This document shows, piece after piece, positions 34,164 to 45,391 of a stretch of 45,460 nucleotides of DNA. The notes under the pieces are model-generated. The model searched no databases. It was not told the origin of the DNA and saw only the letters and a program-made list of their open reading frames with translations. The position numbers were made by a program, and so were the translations under genes. The stretch covers positions 1 through 45,460 of the forward strand of contig JAJXTW010000001.1 of assembly GCA_021783455.1 (NCBI GenBank), given 5' to 3'. Each line of letters opens with the position of its first letter. Position 1 is the stretch's first letter. This DNA is from Nitrospirota bacterium (lineage in GTDB: Bacteria > Nitrospirota > UBA9217).

Positions 34164-34754
34164 TCACTCCCTGAGCCATCCCGGAGGAATTCCCGCCTTG
34201 CGCGCTTCGTCCGGGATCACGACCTCTATCTGATTTCGGGTATTATCGATTTCCTGCTGCACCTGCTTCATCTCCTGCTCAATCCGAACCGCTTCTGCCC
34301 GATCTTCCAGATGTCCGCCTGCAACGCCTCCCCAACTCCCCAGCAGTTCAGTCCGTTTTTGATCGAGATCCCGGTAATGCCCCTCCAGCCGGACAAGGTC
34401 CTGCTTGGCCGATTTTATGCGCCCCTGCCAGTATGCCTTCTGCTCAGTTTCTCGTTCCTCTTCGCCGGAATAGCCGATACTTGGAGAAATCCCCTGTTCC
34501 TCCGTTTCGTTTTCTTCGCCTGCCGGTGCTTCCACTCGCCGTGCCGAAGAACGGTACCGTTCCGGGACCTTCTCCAGCCGGTCGGTGATATGCACAACAC
34601 CCTTATTGTCGGTCCATTCGTAAATCGCGCTTTTCTTCTGCTCCTGGTCCTGTGTCTGTTCCGGATTCTGCACATTCCTCTGGACCTCGGTCTGAGCAAA
34701 GGCCGCAGGAATAGTCGCCAAAAAAACAGTCGCAATAAGAGTAACCACGCGCAT
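34164..34754 (-). CDS. secreted DUF4124-domain protein
   Basis: It has a signal peptide MRVVTLIATVFLATIPAAFA (ATG at 34754, 4 nt after the ispF stop) and the DUF4124-like motif IYEWTDNKGVVHITD. An acidic, coiled-coil region follows. Confidence 0.7.
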   Translation of the reverse strand: MRVVTLIATVFLATIPAAFAQTEVQRNVQNPEQTQDQEQKKSAIYEWTDNKGVVHITDRLEKVPERYRSSARRVEAPAGEENETEEQGISPSIGYSGEEERETEQKAYWQGRIKSAKQDLVRLEGHYRDLDQKRTELLGSWGGVAGGHLEDRAEAVRIEQEMKQVQQEIDNTRNQIEVVIPDEARKAGIPPGWLRE

Positions 34755-34758
34755 GGTA

Positions 34759-35235
34759 TTACTCCACTTTTTTGATCGTACAAACCGCATATGCCGCCAT
34801 GCCTTCGCTCCTGCCGGTAAAACCCAACCCTTCTGTTGACGTCGCCTTCACGTTCACCACAGACCGGTCCGCCTTGACTGCTGCTGCAATGTTCGACACC
34901 ATGGCCGGTATGTGCGGCGCCATCTTCGGTTTCTCCGCCACGATTGTCGCGTCGATGTTATTCACGCGAAATCCCGCCTCCCCAAGGAGGCGCCGCACTT
35001 CTTCGAGCAGGAACAGACTGGATATTCCCTTGTACTTGGACGCCGTGTCGGGAAAATGCCGGCCGATGTCACCGAGCGCCGCGGCGCCCAACAGCGCGTC
35101 GCAAATCGCGTGGAGCAGCACGTCAGCATCCGAATGGCCGAGAAGCCCCTGCTCAAACGGGATGTCCACGCCTCCGATCATGAGCTTGCGGTCCGCGACG
35201 AGGCGATGGACATCATACCCTGTGCCGATTCGCAT
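34759..35235 (-). CDS. ispF: 2-C-methyl-D-erythritol 2,4-cyclodiphosphate synthase
   Basis: 158 aa: [12 protein letters not shown]...[19 protein letters not shown]. Confidence 0.95.
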   Translation of the reverse strand: MRIGTGYDVHRLVADRKLMIGGVDIPFEQGLLGHSDADVLLHAICDALLGAAALGDIGRHFPDTASKYKGISSLFLLEEVRRLLGEAGFRVNNIDATIVAEKPKMAPHIPAMVSNIAAAVKADRSVVNVKATSTEGLGFTGRSEGMAAYAVCTIKKVE

Positions 35236-35926
35236 CGTATCTCCTCTTCAGGATCTCCTCCGCGAGCAGAAGGTCTTCAGGCGTCGTAATCTTAATATTT
35301 TCATAACTCCCCATGATCACCCGGACCTTGTTTCCCGTCCGTTCCACAAGCGTGGCGTCGTCAGTGCCGCGCGTATTCTGTTTGACCGCTTCCGCATACG
35401 CCTGTTTAATAATCTTAACCGGAAAGGCCTGCGGCGTTTGAATCGCCCAGAGTCTGCTCCGCTCCAGCGTATGGACCACGACGCTTTTGGCGTTCACTTC
35501 TTTGACGGTGTCCTTAAGTGGCACGCCGACGGCAACGCATTCGCCTTTTCTCGCACATTCGACCGCCTCCTTGATCATCTCGTGTGTAACAAAAGGCCGC
35601 ACTCCGTCATGCACCAGCACAACTGCCGTGTCCTTCTCCAGTTTGTGAAGTCCGTTTGCCACCGAATCCTGCCGCTCCTTGCCGCCCACGACAAGGGTCC
35701 TGACTTTGGTAATATGAAATCCCTCGATGATGTCCCTGAGGCAGCCTTCCATGTCTTCCTGGGAGAGAATGGGAATGATCTCGTCGATCTCCGATGCCCG
35801 TTGAAATGCCAGAAGGGTATGCGCCAGCATGGGCATATCACCGAGCGGAAGAAACTGCTTTGCAACGGTTCTGCCCATCCGCTTTCCCACGCCTGCCGCT
35901 GGTATGAGTGCCGTCACTTTCGACAT
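35213..35926 (-). CDS. ispD: 2-C-methyl-D-erythritol 4-phosphate cytidylyltransferase
   Basis: 237 aa: [13 protein letters not shown]...[10 protein letters not shown]. It overlaps ispF by 23 nt. Confidence 0.95.
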   Translation of the reverse strand: MSKVTALIPAAGVGKRMGRTVAKQFLPLGDMPMLAHTLLAFQRASEIDEIIPILSQEDMEGCLRDIIEGFHITKVRTLVVGGKERQDSVANGLHKLEKDTAVVLVHDGVRPFVTHEMIKEAVECARKGECVAVGVPLKDTVKEVNAKSVVVHTLERSRLWAIQTPQAFPVKIIKQAYAEAVKQNTRGTDDATLVERTGNKVRVIMGSYENIKITTPEDLLLAEEILKRRYDANRHRV

Positions 35927-36023
35927 TATGCGTCTCTAAGGAGAATCTCCAAAACTCTAATAACAAATCTTAAACAATATGACTGCTCGGATCACGCGCG
36001 CTTCCGCGCTTTGCCGCAGCAAA

Positions 36024-36947
36024 TCATTTCTTATAGCTCTTCACCACGATCTTAAAGCGTTTTGACATCGGCGCCTCCATGTCTATAGCGACGCGGAGCT
36101 GGAACTGGTCTTCTCGGTCCTTGGTCACGAGATCAAAAGGGAGAACGATCTGTCCTCCCTCGACGGCCGCCTTTCCCAGATTGACCTTCATGCCGGCGTC
36201 CACGGCCTTTTCCAACGCCGCCATTTCCGGCTTAGCCTCGGCCATGGGCGCACCGGGCATCGAGGGTTCGGCAGGGGGAATGTCCTTCATGATATCAGAT
36301 GGCAGCTCCGGCCTCTTTTCGGCGTTGCCGACAATATCCGTAACGGTGAAGTTATGCCGCTCAGGGTATTTTTGCATGTCTTGAAGCACCAGCTTCGAAA
36401 TGGCAGTAAAGGTTTTCAGTACCCCATCACCAGTTTTCGCGACCGCCTCATAGGAGGGCACCATGCGCGGATTCAGTACTGCGTTCAACTCTTCGACGGG
36501 AAGGATATCCGGCAGGTCTCGTTTGTTATGCTGGATGACCATGGGGAATTCCGCCAGGTTGACACCCTGTTCTGCAAAATTGTCACGCAGATTAGTAAGA
36601 CTTTCGAGATTTGCATCCACCATGGCGCGCTGGGAGTCAGCCACGAAAATCACGCCGTCGGCGCCCTTCAGCACAAGCTTGCGAGTGGCGTTGTAGAACA
36701 CCTGCCCCGGCACCGTGTAGAGGTGGAACCGCACCTTGTAATTCTTGATCGTCCCGAGTTCTACCGGCAAAAAATCGAAGAACAACGTCCGGTCCGTCTC
36801 CGTGGCCAAAGAGATGAGTTTGCCGCGCTGCGTCGGGGCAATGCGGTGGTAAATCAGGTGAATGTTCGTCGTCTTACCGCAGAGACCGGGGCCGTAATAC
36901 ACAATTTTTGCGTTGATTTCGCGCGTGGTGTGATTCACTAATGCCAT
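36024..36947 (-). CDS. MglA-family Ras-like GTPase with a C-terminal extension of about 110 aa
   Basis: The first roughly 195 aa align closely with MglA as I remember it: EINAKIVYYGPGLCGKTTN, ETDRTLFFDFLP, FHLYTVPGQVFY, IQHNKRDL. These are followed by a Pro/Ala-rich linker and a domain of about 60 aa (VNLGKAAVEGGQIVLPFDLV...RFKIVVKSYKK). Confidence 0.85.
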   Translation of the reverse strand: MALVNHTTREINAKIVYYGPGLCGKTTNIHLIYHRIAPTQRGKLISLATETDRTLFFDFLPVELGTIKNYKVRFHLYTVPGQVFYNATRKLVLKGADGVIFVADSQRAMVDANLESLTNLRDNFAEQGVNLAEFPMVIQHNKRDLPDILPVEELNAVLNPRMVPSYEAVAKTGDGVLKTFTAISKLVLQDMQKYPERHNFTVTDIVGNAEKRPELPSDIMKDIPPAEPSMPGAPMAEAKPEMAALEKAVDAGMKVNLGKAAVEGGQIVLPFDLVTKDREDQFQLRVAIDMEAPMSKRFKIVVKSYKK

Positions 36948-37002
36948 AATGTTATCATAATTACATAAAAAGAATGGGATGTCAATACTGCGAAATTGAT
37001 AG

Positions 37003-37821
37003 TCATGGGTGCGCGGAAAGTGTGTTTAACGCAGTTACGTGCAGTCGTTCGTTCGCACAGGCAAGCAGCGGTGAGGTCCGTTCAAGCCCCACGATGACGC
37101 GATCGAGGCTGAGACCGTCGAGATCGGTGATCACGCCGTCGGCCTCTTCGAGGATCAGCATCCCCGCCGCATAATCGAAAGCGCGGGACGCCGTTGCCGT
37201 CACCAGCACGCTGAGTGCGCCTGAAGCGACATAGGCGAGGTCGAGGGCCGTGGAGCCGAAGCACCGCGTGCGCCGTGCCTGAGCCAGCAGCGGCAGCAAG
37301 CGGGGGAGATCGGTCCTGGGTGACGGAGCTTCGTAAGCAACAACAATGATTCCCTCGGCTGCCGAGGTCCTGATCCGCGTACCGTTTTTGTACGCTCCTC
37401 GGGCGCGCACAGCCCAGAACTCATCTCCCATAGCAAGATTGATCACATAGCCCACGACGAGGTCGGAAAGCGTGTTGCCGTTCAGGAGCGCGATCGAAGA
37501 AGAGAAAAAGGGAATCCCCGTCTTTGCGTTGTTGCTCCCGTCGATAGGGTCGACCAGCACGATCTTATTCCCGTCACCGAACCTCCTGATCCCGAGTTCT
37601 TCGGAGATCAGGGTGAAGCTCTCACCTTCCTGGCGGGCCTTTTCGAGCGCCAAAATGACGATGTCTTCGGCCCACTTGTCCACGGGAAAGGTTTTGTCCC
37701 CGCCCGCCCCTTTGCCGAGCGGAATTTTTCCGCCCTCCCTGCTCAGGATCTCGGACAGTCCTTCGCGCATCTTTTTCCCGATTTCTTTGAATAGATCCAG
37801 CCACTGTTCATTCGTCATCAT
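37003..37821 (-). CDS. inositol monophosphatase / FBPase-family phosphatase
   Basis: 272 aa with the metal-binding motifs LISEELG, VLVDPIDGSNN and WDYAAG-like FDYAAG. An ATGA overlap with the uvrC stop is present. Confidence 0.85.
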   Translation of the reverse strand: MMTNEQWLDLFKEIGKKMREGLSEILSREGGKIPLGKGAGGDKTFPVDKWAEDIVILALEKARQEGESFTLISEELGIRRFGDGNKIVLVDPIDGSNNAKTGIPFFSSSIALLNGNTLSDLVVGYVINLAMGDEFWAVRARGAYKNGTRIRTSAAEGIIVVAYEAPSPRTDLPRLLPLLAQARRTRCFGSTALDLAYVASGALSVLVTATASRAFDYAAGMLILEEADGVITDLDGLSLDRVIVGLERTSPLLACANERLHVTALNTLSAHP

Positions 37822-39665
37822 GACTCCTTGCCTGCCCGGACCCCGGTCCCTTGAAAGTAGCGCACGATCTCCGTTGCCGCCTTCTGCGACATCCCCTGGA
37901 CAGCCACAATCTCTTCGGCCGTTGCCTGTTTGATCTTTTCAACACTGCCAAAGTGCCGAAGCAGCGCTTTCTTTCTTACTTCGCCGATGCCGGTGATATC
38001 ATCCAGTTCCGAATGCACAGCGCGCTTCTCGCGCAGCTTCCGGTGATAGGTGATGGCGAACCGGTGCGCCTCGTCGCGCACGCGGGCAACCAGGTGCGTG
38101 GTTGCGCTTAAAGGGTCCAGGATGATTGGTTCGTCCACACCGGGAAGGAACACCCGTTCAAACTCGCGCTCACTTCCCTCCTCACCGCTTCGAGCCTTGG
38201 CAAGGCCGATTACGTCAGGACCGTGAACGTCCAATTCCCGGAGCACGTCCAGGGCCGCGTTGAGCTGGCCTTTCCCTCCGTCGATCAGGATCAGGTCGGG
38301 AAACAAGCCTTCTTCCTTTGCTTTGGTATACCTTCTCCGGATCACTTCCGCCATGCTCGCGAAATCGTCCGGCCCGACGACAGTACGAATCTTGTATTTT
38401 TTATAGTTCCTTTTGTCCGGCGTATTATTCTCAAAAGACACCATGCTCGCCACGGACTCGGTGCCCTGAATGTTCGAAATATCGAAGGCCTCGATCCTTC
38501 GCGGAAGATTGGCAAGTCCCAACTCCTCCTGGAGCCGCACAAGGATCTTCTCTTTGCTCCTGCGAGACAGGAGATGCTCGCGAAGCGATTGGGCCGCGTT
38601 GTCCGAAGCCATCTGGACCAGTTCCCGCTTTCTCCCCCGCTGCGGAAACTGGACATCGACCTTCGCTCCGCGTTTCTCCGTGAGCCAGGATTCAAACAGC
38701 GCGCGGTCCGTAACTTCGAGAGGCAGCAGAACCTCGGCAGGCACAATCATATCCTTTGCATAGAACTGGTTCAAAAAGTCCGTGATCAGCTCCTCGTTCG
38801 ACATGCCGCGAACATCGTCGATATAAAAATCCTTTCGGCCGAGCAAAATGCCGTTCCGGACAAAAAGTGCCTGAATGTCCGTGCAGCCTCCATCCGAAGC
38901 AAAGCCGATCACGTCCTGGTTTTCAAACCCCGGCGAGATTACCTTCTGCTTCTCGAACGCCCCTTCTATCTTTGCAATGCGGTCCCGCAGCTCTGCGGCC
39001 CGCTCGTACTCCATCCTCTCCGACGCTTCCTCCATGTGCTGTTTCAGCATGTTGAGCAGGTCCCGGTTCTTGCCTTCCAGGAACAGCCTCACCTGGGAAA
39101 CCACCTCATGATAGGCATGGGTATCCACTTCCCCGGTGCACGGCCCGATGCAGCGTCCGATCTGAAACTGGATACAGGGCCTTGCCGGCTTGTCAGCTTT
39201 GAATTCCATTTTGCAGGGAGCGATTGGAAAGGTCCGGCGTATGAGCGCCAGGGACTCCCACATGCCGCCTGCGGGAATGTAGGGGCCGTAGTAGAGCGCG
39301 CCGTCCTTTTTCAAACGCCGGACAACCTCCAGACGGGGGAACGCTGCTTTAACATCAAAACGGAGGTAGGGATAGTTCTTGTCGTCACGCAAAACTATAT
39401 TATATTTAGGACGGTGCTTCTTGATGAGGTTCGCCTCCAGAACAAGCGCCTCAAGCTCGGTGTGGGTCACAATGGTTTCGAGGTCCGCGATCGATCGGAC
39501 CAGCATCTCGGTCTTCTCACCCTTGACGCCCTTCTGAAAATAGGAGCGCACCCGGTTCCAGAGGGACACGGCTTTGCCGATGTAGATAATGTGCCCCTTG
39601 GCGTCCTTCATGATATAAACTCCCGGCGAATCCGGGAGGTTCTGGAGTTTTTCTTCGAGGGTCAT
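37818..39665 (-). CDS. uvrC: excinuclease ABC subunit C
   Basis: 615 aa. It has a GIY-YIG N-terminus (PGVYIMKDAKGHIIYIGKA), a UvrBC domain, an endonuclease V-like domain and a C-terminal (HhH)2. Confidence 0.95.
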   Translation of the reverse strand: MTLEEKLQNLPDSPGVYIMKDAKGHIIYIGKAVSLWNRVRSYFQKGVKGEKTEMLVRSIADLETIVTHTELEALVLEANLIKKHRPKYNIVLRDDKNYPYLRFDVKAAFPRLEVVRRLKKDGALYYGPYIPAGGMWESLALIRRTFPIAPCKMEFKADKPARPCIQFQIGRCIGPCTGEVDTHAYHEVVSQVRLFLEGKNRDLLNMLKQHMEEASERMEYERAAELRDRIAKIEGAFEKQKVISPGFENQDVIGFASDGGCTDIQALFVRNGILLGRKDFYIDDVRGMSNEELITDFLNQFYAKDMIVPAEVLLPLEVTDRALFESWLTEKRGAKVDVQFPQRGRKRELVQMASDNAAQSLREHLLSRRSKEKILVRLQEELGLANLPRRIEAFDISNIQGTESVASMVSFENNTPDKRNYKKYKIRTVVGPDDFASMAEVIRRRYTKAKEEGLFPDLILIDGGKGQLNAALDVLRELDVHGPDVIGLAKARSGEEGSEREFERVFLPGVDEPIILDPLSATTHLVARVRDEAHRFAITYHRKLREKRAVHSELDDITGIGEVRKKALLRHFGSVEKIKQATAEEIVAVQGMSQKAATEIVRYFQGTGVRAGKES

Positions 39666-39732
39666 GCGTCCCGTTTCTTACAAGGCCTGTCAAAGCATCG
39701 GGCAAAGGTTCCCGTATGAGAAATAGTCCCCA

Positions 39733-39774
39733 TTCTTAATTCCTAATTCTTAATTCCTAATTCCCAATTCCTAA
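39733..39774. repeat. six tandem heptamers TTCYTAA (equivalent to three 14-mers) followed by T6
   Basis: TTCTTAA TTCCTAA TTCTTAA TTCCTAA TTCCCAA TTCCTAA, read directly. It lies in the 122-nt spacer between the uvrB stop and the uvrC start. On the coding strand it reads (TTAGGAATTRRGAA)x3. Confidence 0.9.
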
Positions 39775-39787
39775 TTTTTTATTTGAT

Positions 39788-41794
<2,007 letters not shown>

Positions 41795-41800
41795 ATTCAA

Positions 41801-41830
41801 ATATTACTCTATCGTGAAGGGTAGTGTCAA
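41801..41830 (-). promoter_or_regulatory. sigma-70 promoter (TTGACA-N18-TAATAT) abutting the uvrB ATG
   Basis: The reverse strand reads TTGACA-ctacccttcacgatagag-TAATAT-ttgaat-ATG. The -10 ends 6 nt before the ATG and no Shine-Dalgarno is present. Confidence 0.5.
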
Positions 41831-42013
41831 TGAAGGTGTTGCTGCTCTATTGGTACCAGGAAACTGTCCGTTCCGGGTGAGGCCGCCCAAAAGCTGTTGC
41901 GTTTTTATCCAAGACAGTGTATCGTGGGAAACAGACCAAGAGGTAAGATCGTGCTTCTTCGCATGGGAGAAAGAACCACTTGCTCATTTGCCAAACATCA
42001 CGGAGGAAGGAAC

Positions 42014-42727
42014 ATGAAAAAAAAGATTATCGCTACCCTGACAGTTGTTGCCATGAGCGCGGCGCCGGCAGCGACCTTCGGCGGGGCGGAGCATTCCCGG
42101 TGCACAGACGGGGACGCAACCTGCAAAGACTTCGAACAGTTTATTGACGCGCAGCAGCCGGAAAAGATCATAGGACAGTATGATCCTGCCGCAAAATATT
42201 CCGATATGTCTTTACGTTATATCGGCGACGCTTACCTGCAGCTGGCATCCAGAGACAATGTCACTCCCGAGCAGGAGGAGGGCTACTACCGAAAGGCCCT
42301 TGAGGTAAAACACTACGTCGCTTACATGGGGCTTTATTTTTTCTACGCTCAAAAAGACGAGGACAAAGCACTGGGGTTCCTCCGGGAGTATGTGAAGACC
42401 AAGCCTGCGGACACGGTCCCCTATGTTATCCTCGGCGAATCAGAACTGGACAAGAAACATTATGATCTCGCCGACGCCTACTTGCGAGACGGCAAAAAAG
42501 TGGCGCATGCCCATTCCCCCCGCGTCGACTGGCTGCTGTTCCAGGCAAATTATCTGCTGAAAAATTATCGGTTTGCACGGGACATGTTCGAGAGCGCTGT
42601 CACGAACGGCAATTTTGAAAATGAGATCAAGGCGATTCTGGCCGATCATCGCTTTGACGGGATCGATAAGTTGCCGGAATTCAAACGCTATCAGGGCATG
42701 TTCAACAAGGAAATAACAGGGAGATAA
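42014..42727 (+). CDS. secreted helical-repeat (TPR-like) hypothetical protein
   Basis: The internal ATG at 42014 has a GGAGGAAGG Shine-Dalgarno and is followed by a signal peptide (MKKKIIATLTVVAMSAAPAATFG). The Tyr/Leu/Ala-rich helical-repeat composition includes YYRKALEVKHY and ADAYLRDGKK. Confidence 0.6.
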   Translation: MKKKIIATLTVVAMSAAPAATFGGAEHSRCTDGDATCKDFEQFIDAQQPEKIIGQYDPAAKYSDMSLRYIGDAYLQLASRDNVTPEQEEGYYRKALEVKHYVAYMGLYFFYAQKDEDKALGFLREYVKTKPADTVPYVILGESELDKKHYDLADAYLRDGKKVAHAHSPRVDWLLFQANYLLKNYRFARDMFESAVTNGNFENEIKAILADHRFDGIDKLPEFKRYQGMFNKEITGR

Positions 42728-42731
42728 ACGG

Positions 42732-43631
42732 TCAGGCGCTCGGGTTCGACTTCAAGAGAAAATCAAGAAACGTCCTGCAGAGCGGCGAGCGGCTCTTGCC
42801 CTTGCGCAGGATGATCGAGAAGCTTCGTTCGATCGGCACGCCCTTGACCCGCACCGCGGCCAGCCGGCCGGCGCGCACATCATCGTGGATTGCGCGGCTC
42901 GACAGGATCGAAATGCCGAGCCCGCCTTTCACCGACTGGCGCACGGCATCGCTGCTGCCCATCACCGCAACAATCTTCAGGTCTGCGATTGAAACGCCTT
43001 CCTTGCCGAGCCGCTCTTCCATGATGCGTCGTGTTCCCGATCCTTTTTCGCGGAGAATGAACGGTTCTCCTTTCAAAGCAGCGAGTGCCACGGTCCTTTT
43101 CCCGGCCCATGCGTGCGTCGCAGGCACAGCGATAACGAGTTCATCCCGCAGGAACGGATAAGTCTCCAACTGCGGTTCAACCAGACAAGCGCCGACAACG
43201 CCGATATGCAGATCGCCGCTCAAAATCGCCTCAGTCATCTTCGCCGTATCGTCGATAACAAGCTGGACCGCAACCGAAGGATGTGTTTTCTTGAATGCGC
43301 CGATAAAGGACGGGAGAATGTACGCGCCCGGAATAGTGCTCCCGCCGATCTTCAGAATGCCGCTTATCTGGCCCGACAAGGCCGCGATTTCCTGCTGCGC
43401 ATGGTCGCGCAGGACGAGGAGCTTCTGGCCGTACCGGAAAAGCACTTCACCCGCGTCCGTGGGCATCGCCCGCCTGCCGAGACGGTCGACCAGCTTCACA
43501 CCGAGTTCCGATTCAAGGTTTTTAATATGGCCGCTAACGGTAGGCTGGGTGAGATAGAGTGTCTCCGCTGTCTTGGAGAAACTGCGGAGCGTGACAAGGG
43601 TGCAGAATATTTCGATCTGATGGAGGTCCAT
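42732..43631 (-). CDS. LysR-family transcriptional regulator
   Basis: Starts MDLHQIEIFCTLVTLRSFSKTAETLYLTQPTVSGHIKNLE (the LysR HTH), followed by a substrate-binding domain. The start is uncertain: ATG at 43631 or GTG at 43646. Confidence 0.85.
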   Translation of the reverse strand: MDLHQIEIFCTLVTLRSFSKTAETLYLTQPTVSGHIKNLESELGVKLVDRLGRRAMPTDAGEVLFRYGQKLLVLRDHAQQEIAALSGQISGILKIGGSTIPGAYILPSFIGAFKKTHPSVAVQLVIDDTAKMTEAILSGDLHIGVVGACLVEPQLETYPFLRDELVIAVPATHAWAGKRTVALAALKGEPFILREKGSGTRRIMEERLGKEGVSIADLKIVAVMGSSDAVRQSVKGGLGISILSSRAIHDDVRAGRLAAVRVKGVPIERSFSIILRKGKSRSPLCRTFLDFLLKSNPSA

Positions 43632-43790
43632 GAGGAATTCTGCCACAGAGACTCGAAGACACAGAGTGAATCATGAACGATAGTGCAAGGGAAATAATTG
43701 AAGAATATGCTTTAACGCTATCTAACTTTCCTATTTTTTTCGTCCATGTTGGCCTCTCTCGTCTTTCTCTACGCCTCCGTGTCCCTGCGG

Positions 43791-45287
43791 CTAATCTTTC
43801 TTTTCGTAGTCCCTGAGGAACTGCGTCAGAAGCCGCATGCCGATGCCCGTCGCGCCTTTCGGCGTGTACGGCCGGTCCTTCTCGGTCCAGGCAGTTGCCG
43901 CGATGTCGAGGTGCACCCAGGGGTACTTCTGCACGAACTTGGAAAGAAGCGCCGCAGCCGTGATCAAGCCGCCGTCCCTGCCGCCGGCATTCTTCATGTC
44001 CGCGATGTCGCTCTTGATCAGCTCGTAATACCCTTCCCAGAGCGGCATCTCCCAGACGCGCTCGCCGGTCTTTTCGCCTGCCTCGCGGATTTTCTGCTTG
44101 AGTTTCTCATCCGTGCCGAGCATGCCCGTGGCCTCCTGGCCCAGGGCGACCCTGCAGGCCCCGGTGAGCGTTGCGATGTCCACGATCACCGTCGGCTTGT
44201 AGCGGCACGCATAAGCAAGGGCGTCGGAAAGAATGAGCCTGCCTTCCGCGTCGGTATTGATGATCTCGATGGTCTGGCCGGACATGGTGCGGAGCACGTC
44301 GCCGGGCTTGTAAGCGCTGCCGCCCGGCATATTCTCCGTAGCCGGGAGCAGGCCCACGATGTTGAGCGGGAGTTTCAGCGCAGCCGCCGTGCGGATGGCC
44401 CCGAGCACCGCCGCCCCGCCGGACATGTCGTCCTTCATCTTGTCCATGTTCTCCGATGGCTTGATCGATATGCCGCCCGAATCGAAGGTGATTGTCTTGC
44501 CTACCAGCGCGATAAGGGGCTTCTTTCCGCCCTTCCGGTATTCCATGATAATGAACTTCGGCGGCTGCGCGCTGCCTGAAGCGACCCCGAGCAGAGCGCC
44601 CATCCCGAGCTTCTGCATCTGTGTGCGCTCCAGCACCTGCACGGTGAACCCGAACTGACGTCCGAGCTCCCGCGCCTTTGAAGCGATGACCGCAGGCGTC
44701 ATGTCCGCGGGTGGAGAACTCACCATGTCGCGTACCATTGCAGTGGAATCGGCAATCACGACTCCGCTCCTGGCGCCCGCCTGAAGGATCTTGACCGCAC
44801 CTGCCGTACCGGTCAGAAGCGTGATTGTCGTGACATCCCTGTTCCGGTCGTTCTCTTCATTGGTCTTGTATTTTAGAAAACGGTAGAGCCCGAGCATGCT
44901 TCCTTCAACCAGGGCCTGGGACGCTTCTTCCAGGTCCCTGCCGAAACCTTCAACGAGCACCGTAACGTCCCGGGCTCCGGCTGTTCGGAGCGAAGGGGCC
45001 GCCTTGCCCGCGGCCTGCCGCAGGCGGTTCATGGTAAACTCGCTCCGCTTGCCCAGCCCGGCCAGGACCAGCCGTTCTGCCGCGATCCTGCCTTCGGGAT
45101 ACAAAAGGTGGACTGCGCCGGGTTTGGGCTTGAAATCGCCGCGCTTTATGAGTCCCGATACGGTCCCGCCGAGTGCCTTGTCTATCCTCGCAACAGCATT
45201 GTCGAGTTTCTCGTTCTCGAAAAGAAGGATGATTGCCCCGCCGGTTTTGTGTGTTTCCAGTTTGCCTGCAATGACCTTGAGCTTCAT
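43791..45287 (-). CDS. pepA: leucyl aminopeptidase (M17)
   Basis: 498 aa. It has the M17 signature NTDAEGRLILSDAL and VGKTITFDSGGISIKP. Confidence 0.95.
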   Translation of the reverse strand: MKLKVIAGKLETHKTGGAIILLFENEKLDNAVARIDKALGGTVSGLIKRGDFKPKPGAVHLLYPEGRIAAERLVLAGLGKRSEFTMNRLRQAAGKAAPSLRTAGARDVTVLVEGFGRDLEEASQALVEGSMLGLYRFLKYKTNEENDRNRDVTTITLLTGTAGAVKILQAGARSGVVIADSTAMVRDMVSSPPADMTPAVIASKARELGRQFGFTVQVLERTQMQKLGMGALLGVASGSAQPPKFIIMEYRKGGKKPLIALVGKTITFDSGGISIKPSENMDKMKDDMSGGAAVLGAIRTAAALKLPLNIVGLLPATENMPGGSAYKPGDVLRTMSGQTIEIINTDAEGRLILSDALAYACRYKPTVIVDIATLTGACRVALGQEATGMLGTDEKLKQKIREAGEKTGERVWEMPLWEGYYELIKSDIADMKNAGGRDGGLITAAALLSKFVQKYPWVHLDIAATAWTEKDRPYTPKGATGIGMRLLTQFLRDYEKKD

Positions 45288-45391
45288 GGACCCTGCCTCA
45301 ATTCTTCAATGTTCGTAACTGTTCGGTTCAAACTACGGGAAGCCGAATCTTGCAAAAATCCTGATCAGCTGTCAATGCTCAATGAACTCGC

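Noticed and set aside
34772-36055. 427-aa plus-strand ORF opposite ispF/ispD
   Set aside because: It is an antisense shadow crossing a gene boundary, with low-complexity Ser/Arg/Pro-rich composition.
39733-39774. Possibility that the tandem repeats are a CRISPR array
   Set aside because: The units are 7 or 14 nt, directly abutting and without spacers. There are no cas genes in the window.
41801-42013. Search for a LexA/SOS box in the uvrB divergent region
   Set aside because: I could see neither a CTGT-N8-ACAG nor a GGTT-N10-ACC-type palindrome. The partial matches (CTGTccgttccgggtg, ACAGtgtatcgtgggaaACAG) have the wrong symmetry.
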